A stretch of DNA of 64,000 nt. Origin: Pontiella sp. GTDB lineage: Bacteria > Verrucomicrobiota > Kiritimatiellia > Kiritimatiellales > Pontiellaceae. Under the pieces are notes generated by a model. It worked only from the letters and a program-made list of their open reading frames with translations, made no database searches and was not told the DNA's origin. The DNA is taken from the NCBI GenBank assembly GCA_050290185.1, contig JBNKHE010000006.1, forward strand, positions 96,001 to 160,000, given 5' to 3'. Below are positions 10,258 to 19,227 of this stretch, piece by piece (the first letter of the stretch is position 1; the number at the start of each line of letters is the position of its first letter). The position numbers and the translations under genes were made by a program.

Positions 10258-12297
10258 ATGGACTTCTTTGCCCGACAGGATAGCGCACGCAAGAGCACCG
10301 GCCTGCTGATGTTTTATTTCGGCATGGCCGTGGTGCTTACCATCCTGCTGATCTACTTTCTCCCAGTCATCGGATGGCATGCCTATCAGGTGAACACATC
10401 GACGACCGGTGAGCCCATCCCGTTCCACTGGTGGTATCCCGACGCCTTCATACTGGTTTGCGGCGTTACGCTGATCGTGGTACTCGGCGGGGCATCGTTC
10501 AAGATTTCGCAGTTGCATCGCGGTGGCGGCGGCGGCGTGGCCGAAATGCTGGGAGGCCGGCAGATCCGCCCCGAAACCAGCGACTTTTTCGAAAAGCGCC
10601 TGCGCAACGTAGTGGAGGAAATGGCCATCGCCTCCGGGGTCCCCGTTCCGCCCATCTATGTCATGGATCGCGAACGGGGCATCAACGCCTTTGCCGCCGG
10701 CTTCAGCCCGGCGACGTCGGTTGTTGCCGTCACCTACGGTACCATGACGGGCCTGACGCGCGAAGAACTGCAAGGCGTTGTGGCTCACGAGTTCAGCCAC
10801 ATCCTCAACAACGACATGCGGATCAATCTCAATCTGATGGGCGTCCTGCATGGCCTGCTCGTCATCGGTCTGACCGGGCGCGTGCTTCTGGAGCTCACGG
10901 GACGGGGCAGTTATTACGGAGGGCGGCGCAGCAAGGACTCGGGACAACTTGTCTTCGCCCTGCTGGCAGCCGCCGCAACCCTGATGGTGGTGGGCTTTAC
11001 CGGATACTTCTTCTGCAAGCTGATCAAGGCGTCCATTTCACGCCAACGCGAACGGCTGGCCGACGCCTCCGCCGTGCAGTTCACCCGCAATCCGGAAGGA
11101 CTGGCTGGCGCACTCAAGAAAATCGGGGGAATTGCCGAAGGCTCCCGCATCAGCGCCCCCCAGGCGGAGCAGGCCAGCCATATGTTTTTCGGTAACGGAT
11201 TGGGCTCTTCCATATTCAATACCCATCCACCGCTGGCCGAGCGCGTCAAATGGCTGGAGCCCACCTTCGACGGCAAGTTTGAACACGTGACCGCCGAGGA
11301 CCTGCGCGCCCAGCTGGCGCGCTTCGAGGGTGCACCGATGGAAAAGAAAGCGGACCGGAAAGAAAAGACCGATTTCGTCGACCTCTTCACCCAGCCCGGC
11401 AAGGTGGCGGCTACAGCCGCCGTCCTCGATGCCGCAACCCAGCCGAAGCCCAGACCCAACAATCCCGAGGCGCTGATCGCCTCCATCGGCGCGCCGATGG
11501 AACACCATGCCGACGCCGCCCGGAAGCTGATCGACTCAATTCCTTCATCCGTGAAGGAATACGCCCGCGATCCCTACGGCGCGCGCATGCTGATCTACTT
11601 CCTGCTACTGGACACCCGCGATGAGATTCGCGACAGGCAGATCGCCCTTATTAAGGAACAGGATGAACCGGCCGTGATCACGGTACTGGAAAAATCGTTA
11701 CTCGAACTCGATGGCATCACACCCGAAATGCGATTACCGATCGTCGATCTGTCCATCCCCGCCCTCCGCTTTCTTTCGGCGGGCCAGTACACACGCTTCC
11801 GGGAGATCGTGCAGGCCTTGATCGATGCCGACGAACAGGTCGACCTTTTCGAATACGCCCTCCAGCGCGTGCTCGTTCATCACCTCGACCCCGTGTTCGG
11901 TGGCACAACCAAACCCCATGCCGCGAACTATTACGCCATTCGCGGACTGGAACAGGAAACTTCTGTTGTACTCTCCGTCCTCGCCCGCAAAGGCAATGAC
12001 GATCCAGGCGAGCAGGCCGCCGCCTTCGATGCCGCCGCCGGCAAGATCGCCGCCCCGAAAGCCAACTTCCAGTTTCTCAGCGAGAACGAGTGCGGCTGGG
12101 ACAACCTCGATGCCGCGCTCAACAAAATCAACGAAGGCTCGTTCAAGGTTAAGAAATGGGTACTGGGCGCCGCTCTCGCCTGCCTGATGCACGACCGCGA
12201 AATCACCGTTGCCGAAGTCGAACTCTTCCGCGCCATCGCCGACACCCTCGGCTGTCCCGTCCCACCCTGGGTTTCACCTGGAGACCTGGAAGCGTGA
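10258..12297 (+). CDS. M48 family (HtpX-like) membrane zinc metallopeptidase with long C-terminal domain
   Basis: NVVEEMAIASG, INAFAAG, ELQGVVAHEFSH (HExxH), RERLADASA, THPPL; follows lemA as is typical. Confidence 0.92.
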   Translation: MDFFARQDSARKSTGLLMFYFGMAVVLTILLIYFLPVIGWHAYQVNTSTTGEPIPFHWWYPDAFILVCGVTLIVVLGGASFKISQLHRGGGGGVAEMLGGRQIRPETSDFFEKRLRNVVEEMAIASGVPVPPIYVMDRERGINAFAAGFSPATSVVAVTYGTMTGLTREELQGVVAHEFSHILNNDMRINLNLMGVLHGLLVIGLTGRVLLELTGRGSYYGGRRSKDSGQLVFALLAAAATLMVVGFTGYFFCKLIKASISRQRERLADASAVQFTRNPEGLAGALKKIGGIAEGSRISAPQAEQASHMFFGNGLGSSIFNTHPPLAERVKWLEPTFDGKFEHVTAEDLRAQLARFEGAPMEKKADRKEKTDFVDLFTQPGKVAATAAVLDAATQPKPRPNNPEALIASIGAPMEHHADAARKLIDSIPSSVKEYARDPYGARMLIYFLLLDTRDEIRDRQIALIKEQDEPAVITVLEKSLLELDGITPEMRLPIVDLSIPALRFLSAGQYTRFREIVQALIDADEQVDLFEYALQRVLVHHLDPVFGGTTKPHAANYYAIRGLEQETSVVLSVLARKGNDDPGEQAAAFDAAAGKIAAPKANFQFLSENECGWDNLDAALNKINEGSFKVKKWVLGAALACLMHDREITVAEVELFRAIADTLGCPVPPWVSPGDLEA

Positions 12298-12298
12298 T

Positions 12299-12616
12299 AT
12301 GTGGCAGGTCGACAAAGCGACAAAGACAATGCGCAGAAGGAACAAGATCATCATGGCCTTGGTCTGCGGACCTGTTTTCACGGCGCTGATTGCCCTCACT
12401 TCATTTCTTCTTAGCCGGATCCCTGACAATATCATCAACATCGAACACGCCTGGCTTAAGTTGTCGTGTATAACCAGCTTTACGGCCATGGTCTTCATCG
12501 CGGACCGACTGGGCAAACGTCTCCAGCTCACCCCCCAGCAATTTGCCGGACCGGTCGCGTTCAGCTGTGCCACATTCTGCCTGATTGCTTTTCTCATCTT
12601 CTCCACCCATTACTAA
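12299..12616 (+). CDS. Small hypothetical membrane protein (about 3 TM)
   Basis: ATG immediately after the peptidase stop; three hydrophobic segments. Confidence 0.6.
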   Translation: MWQVDKATKTMRRRNKIIMALVCGPVFTALIALTSFLLSRIPDNIINIEHAWLKLSCITSFTAMVFIADRLGKRLQLTPQQFAGPVAFSCATFCLIAFLIFSTHY

Positions 12617-12670
12617 ATATCTTCTTTCCCTTTGCTAGGACCGGGGGTTTCGTGTATCACCGTGCGCGCT

Positions 12671-14032
12671 ATGGAAGAAATTAAAAGCAAAAGAGTTGTG
12701 GCGATTGTTGGTCGCCCGAATGTCGGCAAGTCGGCACTGTTCAACCGGCTGGTGGGACGGCGCGTCTCGATCGTGCACGAGGAAGTGGGCGTCACGCGTG
12801 ACCGCGTGGTATGCGAAGCCAACTGGAATGGGGAGCGGTTTGAGCTGATGGATACCGGAGGTCTCGGCCATTTCGGCAAGCAGGTTTCCGACGACCAGAT
12901 TATCGCCGGCACCGAGCTGCAGGCTGAAATCGCCATTTCCGATGCCTCCTTCATCATTTTCACGGTCGATATTACCGCCGGCGTGGCCCCGCTCGACGAA
13001 GAGGTTGCCCGCATCCTGCACCAGAGCGGCCGTACCGTGATCCTCGCCGCCAATAAGTCCGACAATCCCGAACGCGACGAAACCGTCTACGACTTCGACC
13101 GGCTCGGCTTCCCCGTTTTCCCTGTTTCCGCGATCCAGAACCGCGGCATCGACGCGCTGATGGAAGCGCTTGTTCCGCAATTGCCGAAAGAGGAAAACCC
13201 GACCGAGAAAACGCCGTTGCGCGTCGCCGTCGTCGGCCGACCGAATGCCGGCAAGTCCTCCTACATCAACCGCCTGCTCAAGAGCGAACGTGTGATCGTT
13301 TCCGATGTGCCGGGCACCACGCGCGACAGCGTCGAGATCCCCTTCACCATCGGCAAGGGCGCAACCGCCCGTCACTACCAGCTGATTGATACCGCCGGCA
13401 TGCAGAAGGATACCCGCTCCAAAGGAGCCGTCGACTGGTTCAGCAACCTGCGTACCGAAAAGAGCATCGAGCGCGCAGACGTGGTCGTGATGGTGCTCGA
13501 TGCCGAAACCGGACCGACCAGCCGCGACAAAAAGGTCGCCGCCAAGATTATTGATGCCCAGAAGGGATGCATGCTGCTGATCAACAAGTGGGATCTGGCA
13601 CAGGATGCCGACGACGACATTACCCAGACCAAATATCTGCCCGCCCTGCGCGAAGCGCTGCCTTTCATGGGGTTTGCACCGGTGCTGTTCGTTTCGGCCA
13701 AGAGCGGTTACAACATCAAGCGCAGCGTTGAAGCCATCGACTATGTGGCCGCGCAGACCCGCACCGAAATCACCACGGGTGTTTTAAACCGCGTCATTCA
13801 GCAAGCGATCGAAAAATATCCGCCGCCCATCGCCAAGGGCAAGCGTCTCAAGGTATTCTACGGCACGCAATCCGGCACCAACCCGATCTACTTCAAGATC
13901 TTCGTCAACGACCCCGACTATTCGCGCTCCAACTGGCTCGCCTATCTGCAGAACCAGCTCCGTGCGGCCTTCGGCCTCGAAGGCGCCCCGATCTTCATCA
14001 AGCTCGTCGCCCGCTCCCGCCCGAAGAAATAG
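12671..14032 (+). CDS. der: Ribosome biogenesis GTPase Der (EngA)
   Basis: Two G domains: GRPNVGKS/DTGG/NKSD and GRPNAGKS/DTAG/NKWD; KH-like C terminus. Confidence 0.97.
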   Translation: MEEIKSKRVVAIVGRPNVGKSALFNRLVGRRVSIVHEEVGVTRDRVVCEANWNGERFELMDTGGLGHFGKQVSDDQIIAGTELQAEIAISDASFIIFTVDITAGVAPLDEEVARILHQSGRTVILAANKSDNPERDETVYDFDRLGFPVFPVSAIQNRGIDALMEALVPQLPKEENPTEKTPLRVAVVGRPNAGKSSYINRLLKSERVIVSDVPGTTRDSVEIPFTIGKGATARHYQLIDTAGMQKDTRSKGAVDWFSNLRTEKSIERADVVVMVLDAETGPTSRDKKVAAKIIDAQKGCMLLINKWDLAQDADDDITQTKYLPALREALPFMGFAPVLFVSAKSGYNIKRSVEAIDYVAAQTRTEITTGVLNRVIQQAIEKYPPPIAKGKRLKVFYGTQSGTNPIYFKIFVNDPDYSRSNWLAYLQNQLRAAFGLEGAPIFIKLVARSRPKK

Positions 14033-14046
14033 CGCTGAGCTGCACG

Positions 14047-15150
14047 ATGCTGATGAAAGATGGTCTAGGAGCAGCAGCGGTCGAGCGAATCGCCGAATCG
14101 ATCGTGCGGACCATTCCGGATTTCCCCAAACGAAAGTTCGTGGATGATGCAATGGATCGCATCCCTGACCTGGAACTGAAGGAGCGGGTGCGGCATATCA
14201 TCGACGTATTGAGCCGCTACCTGCCGGGTAACTTTACGGAAGCGGCCGACATTCTGATCCGGCTGAAGGACAACTGGCTTCCCGGCGATCCGGACGACAA
14301 CCTTGCGGGGTTCGCAGCCTGGCCGGTCATCGACTATGTCGGTGAACATGGACTCGATCATCCGGGCAAAGCGCTTGAGGTACTGAGGGAACTCACTCCC
14401 TTATTCTCTGCCGAGTTTGCGATCCGTCCCTTCATCATCGACCATTTCGACCTGACGTTCCAGACCCTGGGAAAATGGACGGCCGATCCGGACGAACATG
14501 TCCGGCGATTGGTTTCCGAAGGTTCCCGACCGCGCCTGCCGTGGGGGAAACGGCTTCCGCAGTTGATCGCCGCCCCCTCCATCGTCATCGAACTATTGGA
14601 AAAACTGAAGGACGATCCGAGCGAATATGTCCGCCGCTCCGTCGCCAATAACCTGAACGATATTTCGAAGGATCATCCGGCAAAGGTCATGGCCCTTTGC
14701 CGCCGCTGGCAAAAAGGTACGAGCCCTGAGCGGCAATGGATTATCCGCCATGCAACGCGGACACTCGTGAAGGCCGGACACCCTGCCGTCTTCGGCCTGC
14801 TCGGCTATACCGAAAACCCGCAACTCGATTTCCAAGCATTGGAAGTTTCGCCCAAAGCAATACACCTCGGCGAGGCGATCGAGTTCAAGGTCACGCTGCA
14901 ATCCACCAGCGCCAGGGCTCAATCCATCGTTATCGATTATGCCATCCATCACATGAAATCAAACGGACAGACCAGCCCCAAGGTTTTCAAGTTCCGGACA
15001 GTGAATATCGCCTCCGGCGAAACAATGTGTCTGACCAGGCGCCATGCCATCAAACCGGTCACCACGCGCAAATACTATCCCGGCGAACATGCCGTCGAAA
15101 TCCTGATTAACGGAAAACCATTCGGGAAAGCCGCATTTACGTTATCGTAA
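14047..15150 (+). CDS. DNA alkylation repair protein (AlkC/AlkD-like HEAT-repeat family)
   Basis: FSAEFAIRPF, EHVRRLVSEGSRPRLPW, YVRRSVANNLNDISKDHP, TTRKYYPGEH. Confidence 0.85.
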   Translation: MLMKDGLGAAAVERIAESIVRTIPDFPKRKFVDDAMDRIPDLELKERVRHIIDVLSRYLPGNFTEAADILIRLKDNWLPGDPDDNLAGFAAWPVIDYVGEHGLDHPGKALEVLRELTPLFSAEFAIRPFIIDHFDLTFQTLGKWTADPDEHVRRLVSEGSRPRLPWGKRLPQLIAAPSIVIELLEKLKDDPSEYVRRSVANNLNDISKDHPAKVMALCRRWQKGTSPERQWIIRHATRTLVKAGHPAVFGLLGYTENPQLDFQALEVSPKAIHLGEAIEFKVTLQSTSARAQSIVIDYAIHHMKSNGQTSPKVFKFRTVNIASGETMCLTRRHAIKPVTTRKYYPGEHAVEILINGKPFGKAAFTLS

Positions 15151-15265
15151 ACAATAGCCCGGACTTTCGAGCTGCGCGGCAACTGCGCCTAACATCGTGC
15201 CCTAACCGCGCAAATCATCTGTAGGAATTTCATCGATCCTTGCTCGTAATTTGGATTTAGAAACC

Positions 15266-15471
15266 AGGAGTAAGAGCGAGCTAGTGATGTGGCACTACAA
15301 CCGGTGTAGGACACGACCGCGTGGGAGACGACAATCTTGATGTAATCAGTGGATTTGCAGGCATTCTGTACCGGCTTCCATGACCCGATAGAACCAGAAC
15401 GCTCAACTATCGGGCTGACATCGCCGGCGGCCAGACCTATACTCCTCCTCCGTATCGCAACAGGAGGAGTA
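15266..15471 (+). ncRNA. Candidate structured RNA element (unassigned)
   Basis: Nested stems: 15280-15290/15418-15428, 15301-15311/15364-15374, 15384-15391/15407-15414. Segment 15440-15449 pairs with either the SD (15462-15471) or 15266-15272. Confidence 0.55.
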
Positions 15472-15475
15472 GGCC

Positions 15476-15823
15476 ATGAATTATCAAAACGTAAATCTGC
15501 CCGAAGGCGCCGTTAAGGCCGGCTCCACCCCCTCGATGACACAGGACACCGTGGTGCCGGGCATTCTTAAAAAGCATCTTGCCCCGAAAGGAAAATGGGG
15601 CTGTCTTGTCGTGGAAAGCGGGGCCCTGCAATATGTGTGGGAGGATGATCCCGACCATGTGCTGGATGCCGACCCCGGCCATCCCATCGTGATTGAGCCT
15701 GAACGCTTCCATCATGTGGTCATTACGGGAGATGTTCAATTTCGCGTCGAGTTCTATGTGGTCGACGAACCAGAAGCAAAACCGAAGCGGGATGGCGACC
15801 GGCCCGGTTCAACCTTTGTATAA
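15476..15823 (+). CDS. DUF1971-like (TehB N-terminal-like cupin) protein
   Basis: STPSMTQDTVVPGILKKH...GKWGCLVVESGALQY...IEPERFHHV...QFRVEFY. Confidence 0.8.
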   Translation: MNYQNVNLPEGAVKAGSTPSMTQDTVVPGILKKHLAPKGKWGCLVVESGALQYVWEDDPDHVLDADPGHPIVIEPERFHHVVITGDVQFRVEFYVVDEPEAKPKRDGDRPGSTFV

Positions 15824-15832
15824 GGAGCCGTG

Positions 15833-16006
15833 ATGGATTTTCTACAAACTCTGGACTCAACGACCTTGCTCGTCCTGATATCGGCGGGTCTGATCATTCT
15901 GCTTGTGCTGTTCGCGAAGTTTATCAAGGGCATTTTGAAGCTCGCCATTATCGCCGTGATGGCTCTTTGCATCATCTACTTCCTGCGGCAGGCGGGAGTC
16001 ATTTAA
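15833..16006 (+). CDS. Small 57-aa membrane protein (below ORF-track cutoff)
   Basis: TAAGGAG SD; MDFLQTLDSTTLLVLISAGLIILLVLFAKFIKGILKLAIIAVMALCIIYFLRQAGVI; two hydrophobic helices. Confidence 0.7.
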   Translation: MDFLQTLDSTTLLVLISAGLIILLVLFAKFIKGILKLAIIAVMALCIIYFLRQAGVI

Positions 16007-16191
16007 CTGCGTCTTATTTTTCTGGAGCGTCGCAGGCCCTGCGGCAGGGTAATATGTGATTAGCCCGCCAATTAACCCCGCCGCATACACCCCCCTTAAA
16101 GTTTATTCATAACAAACACTTTTTGGCATATGGGATGTATTTGCCAATTATAGCTTAATGTTGTAGAAAGTGCATAAACCGGGGGGCGTTT

Positions 16192-19100
16192 ATGGGGAAT
16201 GTTACTTCTGCAGCACCACCAGCCCGACTGCACCAATATATGATGGGCGGGCTCTTCCTTCTGATGGTCGGCCTCGGAGCGTGGTTGTCATTCGGAGCGC
16301 GGCATCGTGAAGACGAGAGCATCCGACGTGAACTGTTGCGACAGGCCAGCAACGTGGCATCGACCCTTTCACAGGAAAGCATCCGGGAACTGTCGTTCAC
16401 TGCGGAGGATGCCGAGCGTCCGGCATTCCAACGGCTAACCGAGCAGTTGCGGGCCTATTCCGAAACCACAGGCATCCGCAGCATCTACTCCTTGCAGCTT
16501 CGCGATGGCCAGCTGTTCTTTGGCCCCGAAAGCCTGCTTCCGGACGATCCGTATGCAACTCCACCCGGCACAATCTATCAGGAACCCTCATCACAAAACC
16601 TCGAAATATTCCGCACGGCCAAACCAGTCGTCTTTGGTCCGATTTCGGATGAATTCGGAGAATTCCTAAGCGCAATCGTTCCGATCGTTGACACCCGTTC
16701 GGGCGAAGTGCTGATGGTGCTTGGGCAGGACTTCGAGGCGGACGACTGGATCGCACAGATCCATAAGGCGCAAATGATTCCGCTCCTGGCCATACTTTGT
16801 CCGATCGGTATGCTTTTGCTTGGCTATCTGGCTTTCAAAACGTGCAAGCGCTCGCCCTGGTGCACCCCGAAGCGTCTCCGCTATGTGCAGGTTGGGACCT
16901 ATTTCCTGGTCATGCTCCAGCTCACGGTTATCGCGTCCCTATTCATACGCGACATTGAAAGAAAAGAGCTAAGAGCCCTCTTTAACGCCGAGGCCAACGT
17001 CCAGTCCCAATATTACAAAGAGACCTTCAACGAGATTCACCGTGATCTCCATTTGCTGGTCAGCTTTTTCGAAGCCAGCCAGAGCGTTACCCACGAGGAA
17101 TTCCGTGAGTTTTGCCAGCCCATACTCGATAACAACCCCATACAGGCGTGCTTCTGGATCCCGGAATGGGCCGTCACCAACGCGGCGGCATTCACGGCTG
17201 GCATACGGGCAGCGGACGTCCCGGACTTTTCGATCCGGCGATTCGAAAATGGCAACCGATCGGTCCGGGAATCCACGGACCCAATCTATCCGGTCGTCTA
17301 CGTCGAGCCCTTATCCCAGCGACCGGCCATGCTCGGATATGATTTTTATTCCGACCCGGCCCTCCGGGAAGCTCTTTTGGATGCATTGAAATCGGAGTTC
17401 GTCAGTGCGGGTATTGTCGCGGCGCGAACACCGAATACCACCGTGCCCGCCGGACTTTTTGTCTTCGAACCGGTTCCACATCCGCGACAGGGAGGATTGA
17501 TTGGCTTCTGCATCAATACCGACGAAGTGATCGAGCACCAGCAATCGGACCCCTCCCGTGAAATTCCGTCACTTTCAACAACGCTCTTCGAGGTGCAGTC
17601 CGGCAAATCACCGCAACCATTGTCCTGTTCCGACTGCGAACACGACTCTCTCGAATGCCTGAAAATGCTGGAATCCGATCTCTCGGTAACGATTCCGATT
17701 TTTGCTTTTGGAAAGTCCTTCGCGTTGCTTTCCACCGCCGAACCTCAGTGGTTCTCCGCCCATCTCCGGCGTTCGGCTGGGATCACTCTCGTCGCCGGGC
17801 TGGTGCTTACCCTCCTACTCACATACATATTCTCAACCATGCTGGGTCGCCCTCTCCTTTTGGAAAAACTGGTACAACAGCGCACACACGAACTGGCCGA
17901 AAGCAAGGAGCGTTTCGATATTGCGATCTCCGCTGCAAAACTGGGTGTGTGGGAACGCGATGTGACGACCGGTCGATTGATATGGAATGATCGAATGCTG
18001 AAAATCTATGGCATCCGGGAAAACGAATTTGACGGAGATTTCCACAAATGGCGCGAATATGTCCACCCCCATGACCAGGAGCGCGTTGCCCAGGAATTGA
18101 CGGATACCGAGACCGGTAAAAAGCGGTTCGATACCGAATTCCGCATTATCCGCAAGGACGGCGAAACCCGCCACATCCGCGCCTTCGGAAAAATGATGCG
18201 CGACGCATCCGGGGAACCCGCCCGCATGATCGGCATCAATCAGGACATCACAGATATGAAGATGGCTCAGCATGCCGCGGCACAGGAACGAGAGCGGCTC
18301 CAGTTCATTTTCGATGCCCTGCCTATTGGCATCAGCTTGAACAGGACATATGGCGACGGAAGTGAAACCCGCATGATCAACGATGCCCACCTGCGCATCG
18401 CCGGCATTCGCCGCGATCAGGACAATCCGGAAACATGGCGGCGCATCAACCATCCCGACAATCACGCCGATCAGGAGTCTTTCATGTACGAGACGGATGG
18501 CGGAAGGATTAAACATTTCACGGTGGATAAACGCTACGTCCATCCGGATGGCCGCATAGTCTGGGTCGCTTTTTCCAGGCTACGGAAAATATTGGACGAT
18601 GGCGGCTTCGAGGATTTATGTACTGCGGTGGACATCACCGAACGCAAAGAGGCCGAAGAGGATCTCAGAGAAAGCGAAGAACGATACCGGTCCACGCTCA
18701 ACGACCTCCAGGTGGGCGTCGTCGTGCATGCCGAGGATACCCGTATTTTGCTCAGCAACCCGGAGGCCAGCCGCATTCTCGGGCTAAGTGCCGCACAGCT
18801 GGCCGGGAAACCCATATCGGATCCGGCCTGGAAATTTATTCGGGAAGACGGCTCTGCAATGCCGGTCGAAGAGTTTCCGGTGAACCGGGTGATGTCGACA
18901 GGCAAGAGCGTTTTCAACCAGATCGTTGGCATCATGAAGCCCGGCCAGGCAGAATCCACCTGGGTCACCGTCAATGCGGTACGGGTTTTCTCGGACAACA
19001 GCTACCTCTTCCGGATTATCGTCAATTTCATGGATATCACAGAACAAATAAACACGGAGTTGAGCCTTAAGGCCCGGAATCAAGAACTGGAACGCTTTAA

Positions 19101-19227
19101 TAAGGTGGCCGTCGGCCGGGAACTGCGCATGATTGAACTGAAAAAAGAGATCAACGCACTTTGCCTTAAACTCGGTAAAAAAGAGCCCTATCCCATGGCC
19201 ACAACGGAACGGGAGACAACATCATGA
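16192..19227 (+). CDS. Membrane sensor: periplasmic domain, CHASE domain and three PAS domains, with no catalytic output domain
   Basis: TM segments, CHASE-like YPVVYVEP..LGYD, PAS/PAC ends (GINQDIT, VDITERK, FMDITE), C-terminal coil ELERFNKVAVGRELRMIELKKEIN. Confidence 0.85.
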   Translation: MGNVTSAAPPARLHQYMMGGLFLLMVGLGAWLSFGARHREDESIRRELLRQASNVASTLSQESIRELSFTAEDAERPAFQRLTEQLRAYSETTGIRSIYSLQLRDGQLFFGPESLLPDDPYATPPGTIYQEPSSQNLEIFRTAKPVVFGPISDEFGEFLSAIVPIVDTRSGEVLMVLGQDFEADDWIAQIHKAQMIPLLAILCPIGMLLLGYLAFKTCKRSPWCTPKRLRYVQVGTYFLVMLQLTVIASLFIRDIERKELRALFNAEANVQSQYYKETFNEIHRDLHLLVSFFEASQSVTHEEFREFCQPILDNNPIQACFWIPEWAVTNAAAFTAGIRAADVPDFSIRRFENGNRSVRESTDPIYPVVYVEPLSQRPAMLGYDFYSDPALREALLDALKSEFVSAGIVAARTPNTTVPAGLFVFEPVPHPRQGGLIGFCINTDEVIEHQQSDPSREIPSLSTTLFEVQSGKSPQPLSCSDCEHDSLECLKMLESDLSVTIPIFAFGKSFALLSTAEPQWFSAHLRRSAGITLVAGLVLTLLLTYIFSTMLGRPLLLEKLVQQRTHELAESKERFDIAISAAKLGVWERDVTTGRLIWNDRMLKIYGIRENEFDGDFHKWREYVHPHDQERVAQELTDTETGKKRFDTEFRIIRKDGETRHIRAFGKMMRDASGEPARMIGINQDITDMKMAQHAAAQERERLQFIFDALPIGISLNRTYGDGSETRMINDAHLRIAGIRRDQDNPETWRRINHPDNHADQESFMYETDGGRIKHFTVDKRYVHPDGRIVWVAFSRLRKILDDGGFEDLCTAVDITERKEAEEDLRESEERYRSTLNDLQVGVVVHAEDTRILLSNPEASRILGLSAAQLAGKPISDPAWKFIREDGSAMPVEEFPVNRVMSTGKSVFNQIVGIMKPGQAESTWVTVNAVRVFSDNSYLFRIIVNFMDITEQINTELSLKARNQELERFNKVAVGRELRMIELKKEINALCLKLGKKEPYPMATTERETTS

